A stretch of 64,000 nucleotides of DNA from Schmidtea polychroa (taxonomy: Eukaryota). Under the pieces are notes generated by a model. It saw only the letters and a list, made by a program, of their open reading frames with translations. It was not told where the DNA came from and did not search any database. The position numbers and the translations under genes were made by a program. Positions 13,171-25,591 of this stretch are shown here, in pieces (position 1 is the first letter of the stretch; every line of letters begins with the position of its first letter). The stretch lies in the NCBI GenBank assembly GCA_044892525.1, contig CM097885.1, positions 45,386,001-45,450,000 on the forward strand. Reading direction: 5' to 3'.

Positions 13171-13532
13171 GTTGCTAATAGATTTTTAAAAGTGATGAAA
13201 AAATGAAAGTGTAGACTATATAAGAGAGATATTACAGGTTTTATTAACCGACCAATGAAAATAGAGATAGGATAGGAAAAGACACTACATGTTTGTTTAT
13301 ACATACCATGACGAAATAATGACCTTTACATGTCTTTATTACTCAGTGCTTTGTTACTTTGCATTGTGCATGCACTGAACATGTAATAGTATTACATAAT
13401 ATTTTTAAACATAAAATTTTAAACATAAAATAATAAAATAATAAAATAATAAAACAAATAATAATATTTAACAAATAATAATAATATTTAACAAATAATT
13501 AAAATAGTCAACAAATAAAAATCATACATTTA

Positions 13533-13917
13533 TTAACCATCAAATTTTTTATACAACAACCATGCCAAACAGTGTTGACCACATGTTTGAGTCAATGGAT
13601 TTTGAAACATAGTTTTATTATATACAATAGGTTTCCCAATTGTTTGAAGTTTTGATATCAACAAAGCAGGATAATAGAAACCCATAGGATCGAATACGAA
13701 TATATTACTAGGTTTCACATATATAGCTATCCAATGTTCTCCACCAAGATGAGACGAATGAGTATTGATGATTATGGCTTGATTATTGCTCAAATAAGGA
13801 ATTTTATCGAGAGGGAAAACACCTACAAATTCATTTCCTAATATTTGTTTTCCAATTCGATTAACCTGAACAGAACTACTTTAATAAAATTAAACAGTAT
13901 CAAAAAACTTACTCCAT
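13533..13917 (-). CDS. Adenain-like cysteine maturation protease (~115 aa, one 34/37-nt intron)
   Basis: ATG GA|GTAAGT...AG|T gives MDSVQVNRIG...FVGVFPLD...IINT...GEHW...FDPMG...Q...TCGQHC (His/Asp/Gln/Cys catalytic motifs). Confidence 0.9.
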
Positions 13918-13944
13918 GACAACTTTTTGTGTTTCTGTATACAT

Positions 13945-15168
13945 TTATACTAGCACGGTTCTATTTGCAGTAATTTGAACTTCATTTTCAAATACTCCAT
14001 ATATTATAACATGTACCGGTTCAGTAATGGCCTTTGCAAACTTAATATCCAGTCGTAAATTCCCGTTTTGTGGTAATTGACTCTGATTTAAATCAAAATC
14101 AGGGGCTAAAACAAATGTAAAAAATGGATATTTGCTTTTAAATTCTTCTAGAGTAATTCCACAATTCAAGTTTTTATCTAAGTAACCCAGATTTCTAACA
14201 ATACTCTGCATATATGTCGCACAGTAATTATCGCTTTCGAAATCTTGAGTATATGTTTCTCTATAATCAGTATTTTTCGACAAAGTCAATGAAGTAACAC
14301 CAAAATTTTTGAAAATTGAGCTGGAAGCAGTATAAGATCCATTATATTGCGTTTCACTTTGAAATGTTACCAGAATAAAATTAGGCATTCTTCTGTCACC
14401 AAATATTTGTTCTTTATAGAATGATGAAGCACCTTTAGCAATAGCAAATTGCACAATTTCCTTTGTTTTTAATGGATAAATTGCATGTTTTGAATTAAGA
14501 CCCAATTGATGACCAGCTAATACTGACGGGTCTACTCGAACTCTTCTCACCAATAATTTTGCATCAACTAATTGGCATATTGGTGCACCAGTTGCACTAG
14601 TAAGAGATAATGCAGAATCAGACCTTTTCAATCTAATGTGTACATTAACTCCTGGTAGCAAATATTTCGGTTGATCCATAAAATCGAGTTGTAATGATGA
14701 GCACATAGTGAATGATTTTGAGCCTTTAACCCACTTTTTTCTTTCATCATCTGTTGCAGCATAACCCATAGGTGTAAGACAGGTATTTTTAGTATCAGAA
14801 TTGTAATTTAAAATAGTTTCTATCAAAGCCTTGTGAATGAATGTATTATTTCCGCCCTCAATCTTAATATTATTAAATCCCAACACTGCATCTTTAAACA
14901 GAGTATGAAACATGAAATTGTTCGGTATTACATCTGCATTGGCATCCAAAACCTTTCTATCTTTATCTACAACCTTGATCTGAACAGTCAATAAAGTATC
15001 ATTCAAATCTAAATATTCAGTTTGCGAACCATTAATATAAAACTCGATATCATTTCTACTATCAGTAATTGAATTCATAGGAAAAACTTCCTCAAAGGCC
15101 CCAAATTCGATTACCGCTTGAGGCGATGGTCTATCAAATATACATAATTCGGATTTACCACAAATCAT
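13945..15168 (-). CDS. Major capsid protein (double jelly-roll, Polinton PY)
   Basis: 407 aa. N-terminal KSELCIF, IEFYING..EYLDLNDTLL, QPKYLLPGV.V.IRLKR and C-terminal GNLRLDIKF are typical of Polinton MCPs. Position beside the protease fits. Confidence 0.9.
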   Translation of the reverse strand: MICGKSELCIFDRPSPQAVIEFGAFEEVFPMNSITDSRNDIEFYINGSQTEYLDLNDTLLTVQIKVVDKDRKVLDANADVIPNNFMFHTLFKDAVLGFNNIKIEGGNNTFIHKALIETILNYNSDTKNTCLTPMGYAATDDERKKWVKGSKSFTMCSSLQLDFMDQPKYLLPGVNVHIRLKRSDSALSLTSATGAPICQLVDAKLLVRRVRVDPSVLAGHQLGLNSKHAIYPLKTKEIVQFAIAKGASSFYKEQIFGDRRMPNFILVTFQSETQYNGSYTASSSIFKNFGVTSLTLSKNTDYRETYTQDFESDNYCATYMQSIVRNLGYLDKNLNCGITLEEFKSKYPFFTFVLAPDFDLNQSQLPQNGNLRLDIKFAKAITEPVHVIIYGVFENEVQITANRTVLV

Positions 15169-15527
15169 TTTGCAAATATAGTTCCATGTCCTTTCATTCG
15201 TTTGTTAATACGCGATATTCCATGTCCTTTACGTTTTGGAGCTGGGGCTGGAGGCGTATCTTTTTGAAACATACCAGCAACTCCAGGTAGAACCTTCCCT
15301 AACTCAGCTAAAGCATTTGTTTTTATGGATGGTAATATTTTCTGTTCATTCATAATAACATCTTTTGCAGTTTTCATACCAAAACTACCAATACGTTTAA
15401 GAATAGGAAGTGCAAATCTCCCTATTGTTTTTAACCAACCTGATCCGTACTGTTTACCAATAAAATATGGTAATTCACCGCCAGATTGGCTATCACTATA
15501 CATACTAATAATATCGGAATTAGCCAT
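15165..15527 (-). CDS. Small basic virion core/membrane-active protein (pVI-like)
   Basis: QSGG and QYGSG motifs followed by the amphipathic WLKTIGRFALPILKRIG and a basic tail. Sits between penton and MCP. Confidence 0.7.
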   Translation of the reverse strand: MANSDIISMYSDSQSGGELPYFIGKQYGSGWLKTIGRFALPILKRIGSFGMKTAKDVIMNEQKILPSIKTNALAELGKVLPGVAGMFQKDTPPAPAPKRKGHGISRINKRMKGHGTIFAK

Positions 15528-16532
15528 CTACTTTACGAAAATGTAGTGTCAAATGAGTTTTTGAGTCTTTTGGGAAGTTTATAAGTTTTCCACTATCGTC
15601 ACGAATATTTATTTCTATATTGTTTATACATGAGCTTGCTATTGGTAAATACATGGGATTATCGATATTTATATTGACAACTTCATCATGTTCATATTTT
15701 CCAATCCATACCGATTTCAAAAGAGGAACACTGGAATCACCAACAATTATAGGCTCAATAATATTAGTATATATGAACATTTGTTGATGATGTTCAAGTA
15801 TTCTTGGTTTACGTATACCAGCCGATTTTTCCCGATATTGCTGCTTCTCTAATCCAAGTGTATTTGTCAAATTTTTATCAAATGTAACTTCGCAAATGTC
15901 ATCATTCAAACTGAAGGTAAACATCAAATCTTTCACAATGTCCAAACTTTTAAATATGTGTGAACAATTGTACTTTAAATATTTAAGTAACACATCAAGT
16001 TTATCAATATATAATTCGTCAGCAAAGGTGAATGATTCTTCAAATTCATTATTATACGACACTGATATTTTGATTTCTTCTCTCATTACACTGTTTGCTT
16101 CAAATAGATTAAAGCGTAATAAATATTCTGTTTCCATAACTTCATTTTTCAACTTATTGCAACCCAATCGTTTGGCATCTTCAATATATTCGAATGTTAT
16201 TGTAAATGGTTAAAAATCACAACTGATATTTAATCCTTCCTTGTAAAACATAGAGCAGTGCTGATCTAATAGTTGATTTGGAATATGATATGTTTTATCA
16301 TAATTACTGATAATAAAGATACCGCTACATGTTTTCATAGCATTCCTTTTGAAATCAATCTTACATTGACTATAAAATGGGAATGTATTGTACACGAATG
16401 TAAAATCTTGCAGTGCAACTTCCCAGTCCCCATTTAAAGAAATCGGATTCTGGAGATTGACCATGAATTTACTGGCTTGATTATCTGGATGAATAAGCGG
16501 GCAACTATTGCTTGGTAAAATAGTATAAAAAT

Positions 16533-17663
<1,131 letters not shown>

Positions 17664-17724
17664 TACAACAAGAAGATTTAATATTAAATTTAATGTCTGG
17701 TAATGAAGGATTAGCACCCATTGT

Positions 17725-18219
17725 TTATGATCGACTTCCTATTATTCCACCTAATAATGATATTGCTAAAGGTATCAATGCACCGATAAATCCCCCTTGT
17801 TGTTTATATATAATTTTTCTCATTTGTTGACGATTTTTATTATTTACTAATGATAGCAAAGGTTTCCTATGTTTACTCAATAATTGCTTTTTAGATTTAC
17901 TGATTTTAATCTTGCCTTTGACTACTTTAAGTATAATATCGAGTAAATCATCGACAACATAATTTGGAAAAGATTGTAAAATATTGTTTCTTTTCATACT
18001 GGGTGCTTTTAACAATGTATTGAAAAACGGGAAACTCCGATGATTTTTAACAACTTTTACTTTCTTAGTGGTTTTACTTTTAGGTTTAGGTTTAGGATTT
18101 TTCGAAATAAGATTCATTGCAGGAAAATTTTCTGTAATAAGTTCTTTAGATGGAGTATAACTAGTTGTTGGTGGAACTTTTGGTTGTTTTTTACTCGATA
18201 TCCTTGTTTTTGAAAACAT
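17725..18219 (-). CDS. Basic core protein with an adenovirus pX(mu)-like C-terminus
   Basis: Lys-rich 164 aa ending KQQGGFIGALIPLAISLLGGII, resembling the adenovirus pX GG-(F/I)LP-LIP hydrophobic tail and a protease cleavage site. Confidence 0.7.
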   Translation of the reverse strand: MFSKTRISSKKQPKVPPTTSYTPSKELITENFPAMNLISKNPKPKPKSKTTKKVKVVKNHRSFPFFNTLLKAPSMKRNNILQSFPNYVVDDLLDIILKVVKGKIKISKSKKQLLSKHRKPLLSLVNNKNRQQMRKIIYKQQGGFIGALIPLAISLLGGIIGSRS

Positions 18220-18232
18220 GATTTATATGTTT

Positions 18233-18871
18233 TCAATTTTGTTTTGAACTTTGTTTATAAACCATGGCACCTTTTGGGTTGAAAATATCTGTTTTTACCC
18301 GTATATCATCAGGACATTGTTGTGTGAAATCGAGAAATATATACCCATGCGGTATTTTCGTGGCATCTTGAAATGCATTGATAAGAAAATTACGGTTATT
18401 AGGGTATGCTTGTCGTCCAAGAAAATCAATGACAGTTGCATCTCTAGGATTCTTGAAAATAACTAGATATTGTACATTTAAATTACGTGTTCGATGTGCC
18501 CCACCTTGATGAAATAAATTTTGTGTTATGAAAATAACTGTTACACCAACATGTCTGCTGATTTTTGTGAATAAATTATTAAAATCCTTTTCTTTATTGG
18601 CTTCTTGATACAAATCATCGATAATGATTACATCATCTTTCTTCAAACGACTTGACCAGTTTTTATCAAAACCCTTTACTATTTTCATGTTTTTCAATTG
18701 ACAGAAACTTGATTGTGTCAATCCATGTTCTTCATCGGCGCCCCTATGCCAATAAATATTGTTGAATTTTGTTTTGAACAAATTTGATTTTAGTAATTTA
18801 CAAACAAATAATGTTTTTCCACTACCACTTGGACCAACGATTTGGTATACTGCATCATTTCGTAATTCCAT
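18233..18871 (-). CDS. Genome-packaging ATPase (A32/FtsK-HerA type)
   Basis: Walker A GPSGSGKT, Walker B IIIDD, SRH, ITQNLF, R..N motifs. Confidence 0.93.
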   Translation of the reverse strand: MELRNDAVYQIVGPSGSGKTLFVCKLLKSNLFKTKFNNIYWHRGADEEHGLTQSSFCQLKNMKIVKGFDKNWSSRLKKDDVIIIDDLYQEANKEKDFNNLFTKISRHVGVTVIFITQNLFHQGGAHRTRNLNVQYLVIFKNPRDATVIDFLGRQAYPNNRNFLINAFQDATKIPHGYIFLDFTQQCPDDIRVKTDIFNPKGAMVYKQSSKQN

Positions 18872-18977
18872 TTTTTAAATTTAAACTATATATAATTATT
18901 GTTTATATTGATAATTTAAATGAACTCCTTTTTAAAATAACTATATATAACAGAGTTTTTATAATTATTTCATTAAA

Positions 18978-19442
18978 ATGCTTTCAAATATAAATTACAG
19001 GGCAAAAGCTGATGTATCAAAAATGGTATTTCCAATGGGGAAACCACAACAACTCATCAATAGAAGTAAAAAATATCCAATAATATATTTCAAAACTGGT
19101 AAATGTAGAATTATGGGGTGTAAGGAAATAATCAAAGCTAGTGAATATAATGTTTATGATTTAGAAATACAATCGATAACCATAACTTCCGATATAGGTT
19201 TTTCTTGTAATTTAAATAAATTGGCTAAATTAATACCATGCTTTTACGAACCAGAATTATTTCCAGCTTTGAGATATATAAAATATAACCCTATGTGTGT
19301 AAATATATTCGCTAGCGGTAAGATAGTAATTCTTGGAATAAAAAATATTGATTACAAATGTATAGTTGATAATATCATATCTGAAATTAAATCAATAATT
19401 GAAGGAAATGAATTTTTAGATTTTTTATTATCACTTAATTAA
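18978..19442 (+). CDS. TATA-binding protein (TBP) homolog, 154 aa
   Basis: Two TBP repeats: IIYFKTGKCRIMGCK, and LEIQSITITSD...FYEPELFPALRY...VNIFASGKIVILG (cf. TBP YEPELFPGLIY...LIFVSGKIVLTG). Confidence 0.85.
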   Translation: MLSNINYRAKADVSKMVFPMGKPQQLINRSKKYPIIYFKTGKCRIMGCKEIIKASEYNVYDLEIQSITITSDIGFSCNLNKLAKLIPCFYEPELFPALRYIKYNPMCVNIFASGKIVILGIKNIDYKCIVDNIISEIKSIIEGNEFLDFLLSLN

Positions 19443-19563
19443 TTATTTATCATTACAAATTCAATGCAATTGAAATGCATGATTCTGATTGGTCGAAATC
19501 TAATTGGCTGATGATTATTTATAACAAAATGTTTTCGGTTTAGTTGTCATTTATTCAACAAAA

Positions 19564-19971
19564 ATGTACAACATACAAAGTTCCGCAATCACCTCAATGA
19601 AAGAGCATGCAAATTATGGTAATTTCAAATTTTTATTATTACATTAATATATATATTTTACAGATGAATATCAATCAATTATCCTGCAAAGATTATGCTT
19701 CTATTATCCAGAATTAAATGAAATTCTACAAGATAGAGATACAGCTATCATTCCGGATTTGGTATACAACCAAACACGAATCTGGATATTTGATATAATA
19801 AACACCTTTCTATGGGATATCAAGATAGGAAGGGGGATGAAAGAAATGAAACCAGAGGCTCCTTGCATTTTCGGATGTAGCTGTTGCAATTTCCGTTATC
19901 AACAATATGTTGAATGGTGTTTGGTGAAGACTCTGAGAAATCACCACTCGAGTCAGATTGTATCAAAATAA
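19564..19971 (+). CDS. Hypothetical Polinton protein (120 aa; exons 19564-19618, 19664-19971), Cys-rich C-terminus
   Basis: A 45-nt GTAATT...TTTACAG intron joins ATG 19564 in frame to ORF 19759-19971 (CIFGCSCC). Confidence 0.65.
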
Positions 19972-20226
19972 ATTTTTATGTTGAATTGTTTTGTTTTTGT
20001 AAATCGAAATAATAGAAATAATAATACTAATAGAAATAGTAATAATAATAATAATAGTAATATTAGAAATAATAATAAAAAACAATATTTATAATAAAAA
20101 CATTAATGCAACATTAATGCAAATGACATGCAATTTAAACAAAGACATACAGCAATCTGATTGGTTGATAAACAATAGTCATAGGTATAAAAACCCTGTA
20201 CCATTTCATTTTAATCATAATTCACG

Positions 20227-20646
20227 ATGACAAAGAAAATTTCAAGCACTGAAAAGCCAAAAGTTGTTCCAGAACTTGTACAACCTGTTCAAATGTTCCA
20301 CAACTATAAAATGTATTTTTTAAAAGAAGAAATCAATATGAAATTGGCGTCACCGATCAAGCTAATTCCAACTAAATTTCAATTCTTATCCGGCACGCTT
20401 TCAATGATAGATGTTAAATCTATTGATGAGGTTTTCAAACGGTTGAATACGAATCTATCTTGTAATCAACATGCCTGGTTCAACAACAGATATGCAAGAT
20501 TTTATGATTCCTTTGATGAAATCGGTTTCAAAGAAAACGAAAATTGGTATATAACAATTGCAATCCAAGGATATAAAGTAGATAATAATGATGTGTATTC
20601 TCCAATTTGGAAAATTATGTCTGCTAGACTTTCACAACTATTTTAA
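20227..20646 (+). CDS. Hypothetical Polinton protein (139 aa), possibly OB-fold/SSB-like
   Basis: Clean ATG ORF with upstream CCAAT and TATA elements. The C-terminus looks beta-rich. The fold call is speculative. Confidence 0.6.
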   Translation: MTKKISSTEKPKVVPELVQPVQMFHNYKMYFLKEEINMKLASPIKLIPTKFQFLSGTLSMIDVKSIDEVFKRLNTNLSCNQHAWFNNRYARFYDSFDEIGFKENENWYITIAIQGYKVDNNDVYSPIWKIMSARLSQLF

Positions 20647-20779
20647 TGTTATATTTAATAAATGTATTAGTCATATTTGTTTTTTCTCTTTATTAATTGC
20701 AACATTAATGCAAATGACATGCAAATTTAACAAAGAAAATCTATAAACAAACTTATAATATAGTTTTAAAGTGATGAAA

Positions 20780-21099
20780 ATGACTGCAGAAAAAGGTTAA
20801 CATGATTAATTAAATACTGAATTATTTATTATTTAGAATTATTAATCAACTTTTTGTTGGAAAAATTATCAGAAATATCTGGTGTAAAAATTGAGGATAT
20901 ATTATCTGTTACAAATGCATTAAATATCGGCTGGGTAGTTGAGAGTCAAGATTCAAGATTTGAAGAAACCGATACTGATGAAATTGATGACGAAATCTAT
21001 GAACCTAAAGATAATATTACGAATGATTGTATTGATCATGTCGTTGAAAATATAATGAAATGTGGAGATGACGATTGCGAATGTGTTAATAAATTTTAA
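20780..21099 (+). CDS. Hypothetical acidic Polinton protein (92 aa; exons 20780-20795, 20837-21099)
   Basis: A 41-nt GT...TTTAG intron gives MTAEKELLINFLLEKLSE...CGDDDCECVNKF*. Confidence 0.6.
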
Positions 21100-21881
21100 A
21101 ATTGAATTATTTTCATTTAAATATACTATTAAAAACAATAACATTAATTTTTATTCATATATCTACAGAAAATATACATTATAACAACTCCAGTTGTAAG
21201 TTTTATAAAGTTTTTCATTTTTCTTTTGATTTCATCAGTTTCTTTAAAATTGCAGGCCAGTTTATTTAATACACCCCATCCGCCATTGGCTTCTATTCAT
21301 GGGGTAAACTTGGACTTGATTATCTAGAAATGAATATTATTAAAATATAGATTATAAAAGAAATCTTACTTCTAAAGACCACTGATAATAATGTTCTGAG
21401 TCATGTTGACCTTTTGCAATGATTATCTTCATGTAGGTGAATCCTACAATTATCCTTGGCCATTTCATGTCTTCATCGAAAAGACACTGAAATATTCTAT
21501 TGAAGTAATACTTCTTGGTTTCCAGGGATTCCATCTCCATCATCTGCTGATAATCGATATGTTCACCTTCAATGATTTGTTCGGTTCGATTGATCAGGAA
21601 ATTGAGGCTGTCGACTATATTCGCGGTGACAATTCCGTTTAGAACATTTTCCATAAAATTTGGTTGCGACATTTCTAAATTAATTTAAAATATAATGTTT
21701 TATTTATACTAATACCATATGATTTTGATTGGTTGATAGACTATAAATGTAAAAGAAAGGTTTTGATTTGATACACCATAAAAACTGTATTGCTAATTAT
21801 TATAACGAGTGTGTGCTAACACAATACTATAAATTTTATAATATTCGACTATGTTTTTTGTTAACTATGTTTTGTGATAGA

Positions 21882-21939
<58 letters not shown>

Positions 21940-22553
21940 TATGTTTTATTACATTGTTTAATAATACCCTTGCGAGTTGTTGAGCGCGACCAGTACCCTT
22001 GTTAGCAGTACCCATAGGGGGACAGAATATTTTGTCGGATAAACTCGGAGTATATAGATTAATAATATATCGATGAGAACACTAACTTGTTGCGTGTGTG
22101 TAAATAATATTTTTATACATTGTGTATGTGTGTGTGTGTGACCATAGGGGAACAGAATATTTTGTCTGAGTATTGTGTGTAATAATTTTATTTTATTTAA
22201 ACATCAAAATAAGTTTTTAAAATACCGCAACGTAATATTTTTTTAAAATACCGCAACGTAATATATTTTTAAAATACCGCAACGTAATATATTTTTAAAA
22301 TACCGCAACGTAATATAAATTTTAAAATACCGCAACGTAATATAAATTTTAAAATACCGCAACGTAATATAAATTTTAAAAAAAAATTTTAAAAAAAAAA
22401 AATTTTAAAAAAAAATTTTAAAAAAAAAAAATTTTAAAAAAAAATTTTAAAAAAAATAAAAAAAAAACCCCGGGGGGTATGACGTAATATGTCTTTGTGA
22501 CGTCATCGATGACGTCATATGTCTTTGTTCCCGGGTCCACACAATACCCTACT
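21082..22553 (-). repeat. Polinton right terminal inverted repeat (~1.47 kb)
   Basis: Reverse complement of 6521-7918, with a few substitutions and repeat-length differences. Confidence 0.95.
21144..21672 (-). pseudogene. Second (right-TIR) copy of the Bcl-2-like gene, inactivated
   Basis: Same exon structure (intron 21369-21324). The BH2 Trp codon TGG is TGA (21299-21297), and BH1 KWTR is KWPR. Confidence 0.8.
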
Positions 22554-22770
22554 GACGGGAAGTCTCTCCAATGTATGTGGATTTCTAGATATTTCAAAAG
22601 AAAGATTGGTAAACAGCTGGGTACATTGAAATATAGAATTGTTTCAAAATCGTGCAAAGTATGTAGTATGTTTATAAATCTCAAACGCCAGTTGGATTGT
22701 GTTCGGATCTTGTTTATCAATTCGCATGTAATGGGTGTAATGCCACATAGTAAACATGGAAAATTTTAAT
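22554..22770 (-). pseudogene. Penelope-like GIY-YIG endonuclease, 5' part (VYQ...KSTYIGETSR)
   Basis: Joins in frame to the 6520-side flank once the Polinton and one TSD copy are removed. Confidence 0.75.
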
Positions 22771-22800
22771 GATTAGAAAGCGCCACTCTAGCCCACGTTT

Positions 22801-22840
22801 CACGATATATTTCGATAATTTTCCTGTCATCATCAGGATG
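22801..22840 (-). ncRNA. Degenerate minimal hammerhead ribozyme (Penelope pLTR)
   Basis: CTGATGA-T-GACAG-GAAAA-TTATC-GAAA-TATA-TC-GTG. Homologous to 37168-37206; stems are partly broken. Confidence 0.55.
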
Positions 22841-24357
22841 GATAGAAAAACTATAAATGCTATTAATAAACAATGCTAAATGCTATTTAATAAACAAATT
22901 ACGAAACTTTATTATGTTAAAAATATTTCAATTAAATTTAAATAATTTATTTATTTTTAAATTTGATGAGATTTAATTATTGTTCGGCTTGATGGAGCTT
23001 ACTCCACGTGTTCTAGATCGCAATAAAAACTCAATACAATAACTTTTTTTTATTACCACAAATTATATTCTTTCAAATTTTCCTTGTTACAATCAACTTT
23101 TACTTTTAAGTCAAGACAGGTGACTATAAGAAAAACCACCTTAAGTAGAAAATAAAATCTGATAAAACATTAATAAAAATTTCTCTCGTTACTTTCAGAA
23201 TATTTTCATTTTCATTTAACTTTCTCTTACTTTTTACTTTCAACCGTTATGGAAATTCGAAAATGTTTTTAGTTCCTTTTTTATGTTTGTGACATTTCGA
23301 CTGTCAGGCTCGGGGTGTCGTTTCTAATTAAATTGATTATTTCTTTACAATGAATAAATTAATTAAGTTTTTATTTTCTAAATAATTCTTTTTGGTCACC
23401 CCCAATCGATTTTATAATAACCTCATCATTTACTATATACTTATATCTGTTTCCCTTGAAAAACATAATTTAATCTTTGCGTTTTTGTGTTAAAGTTTAT
23501 ATTGTAATTGCTTTCTTCATAATTCTGTTTATTTAGGTAAAATTTACAAAACACAAACATGTTAACTATCTTTTTAAATTTATTTAAAACTTTTTTAAAA
23601 TTATCTATTATTCATTAACATTTTAATTTTAATTTTACCAAACAATCACTAAAAATATTTAAATTTAATAAATCAACCATTTAACACATTTGAAAACGCC
23701 ACCAACCATTCACATGTACTCAATTTACCATCCGAACGCTTTACGAATATTCAAAACAACAATAATAATATTCCTCATTTTTTTCATATTTTAACTTTAA
23801 TTATTGGAGAAATTTTTAACAAGATGTTATTTTTATTTTTAAAAATTAGTTTTCAACTTCAAATTTAAAAGTTAAATATGAAAATTTTTAAAAAAGATAA
23901 AAAATACTTCAAAGAAATTATTTTAAACTCAAATGAACATTTAGTTAGGGAATTAAATTTGTTTTATTGTCAAGAGACTTGTAAAGAAAGAAAAATAAAA
24001 AAGAAATTTATTTTCAAGAAATTTATAATTATTCATTTATTTAAATTATCGCCTGAGTAATTAATAATTCTGCTTTTATTGTTAGAAATTAAAATCTAGT
24101 TTTATTAATATAATATTGAGTTAATAATAATCAATGAATTATTCATAACTTAATAAAATATAATAAATAAATAAAATCTAAAAACTTAATTTTTTTTGGT
24201 TTTCCTTTTTCTGACATTTCATTTATGACAAAAGATCAAATTTTAATTTTCTATGAAACACAAATTTTCGGCATAACTATTTTCAAATGTTACCGTTCAT
24301 TATTAGCACTTGATAAAGGCACGCAGAAAATTTATGTTAAATAAAAAATTAATATTT

Positions 24358-25213
24358 TGTTGAGGTTCAACAGGAGAGGCACAAAATGAGGTGAAAAATC
24401 AATAAAAACACCAAATTCACAATAAAAATTTAAAGTACAAAATATTAATTAAAAAATCAAAAAAATTTAAAAAATGAATATTTCCGGCGGAAACTAGTAT
24501 TGGTGGATGCTAAATAATGAGACGAGTTCAACTATAATGGGGGGGGCGGAGTTCAATGGAGGGAGGGGAATAAATTACAAAAAAACAAAAATTAATTAAA
24601 AATTAATTAACTAATGGAGAACCCGAGCTAATGGGAATCCTGAGCTAATGAAGAACTCGAGCTAATGGGAAACCCGAGCGATTTGAGAGAACCTGAATTA
24701 CCCATCAAATTAGGAAAGGCAATTAAATTAGCCGAATAAAATTAAATTGGAGCAAGCCGTCAAAGAATAAGGGGCAATTTCCTTATAGCGAATTAGAGCT
24801 ACAAGAGGAAGCCCGAGGGGAAGTTAGATCCATACTAATTTGTCAAAGTAAAATCAATTACAAAATGGGTATAAAAGCGACCGGCAAGAAAAAATAATTG
24901 CCAGTTCCTCGAAGAAAAAGAAAACAAGAAGTTCATGAGAGCGATCAGAAAACGTTAAAGTTAGTAGCAAATAAATAATTTAAATCGAACGTACCAGAAA
25001 GGGACATCTCCCGTTGGAAGATTTATCCCTGCATGACATTGATAGTCTATTGAAAAGTGCAGACCAAAAAGGGTTGTATCAAGTGTGGTTGAATTAATAA
25101 AAAGTGTAACTATATCGGTCTTAAATAAAGATTTTGCGTTGGGTCGTTTATTTATTTTGAAAGGAACACAAAGGAGTCAGGCAGTAATACCGACTTACAC
25201 TAAATACCAAACA
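24358..25213 (+). mobile_element. Putative solo LTR (Gypsy-like)
   Basis: TGTT...AACA termini flanked by ATTT on both sides. Internal ~19-bp GAGCTAATGGGAACCC repeats, GGGTATAAAAG TATA box and AATAAA signals. A 4-bp AT-rich TSD is weak evidence. Confidence 0.45.
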
Positions 25214-25591
25214 ATTTGATCTTTTGTCATAATGAAAATAAATGAAATATCAATAAAATCAAAAGTTTCCTTTTTGATTAAAAAAAATTAATTATTTACA
25301 TTATTCATTTACTACTATATAATTTAATTTAACAGTAAACCAATTCTTGGATTAATGAAATTCTTTGACTTCTTCGGATAAATCCATAGATATTCGAGAA
25401 ATAAACTTACAGATTCGAGACTAAGATTGCGTTCTGCAAATTATATTACCATTTTATAAATTCTAATTAGTATTATTATCGTATTATAGTAGGGTGGTAT
25501 GGACCCCCAAACCATGGGTCCACTGGGTCAACCCACACTCCCTGCTGAGGAATTTTGCTTCCCTCCTAAAAAAATGAGGATTTTATGTAGG

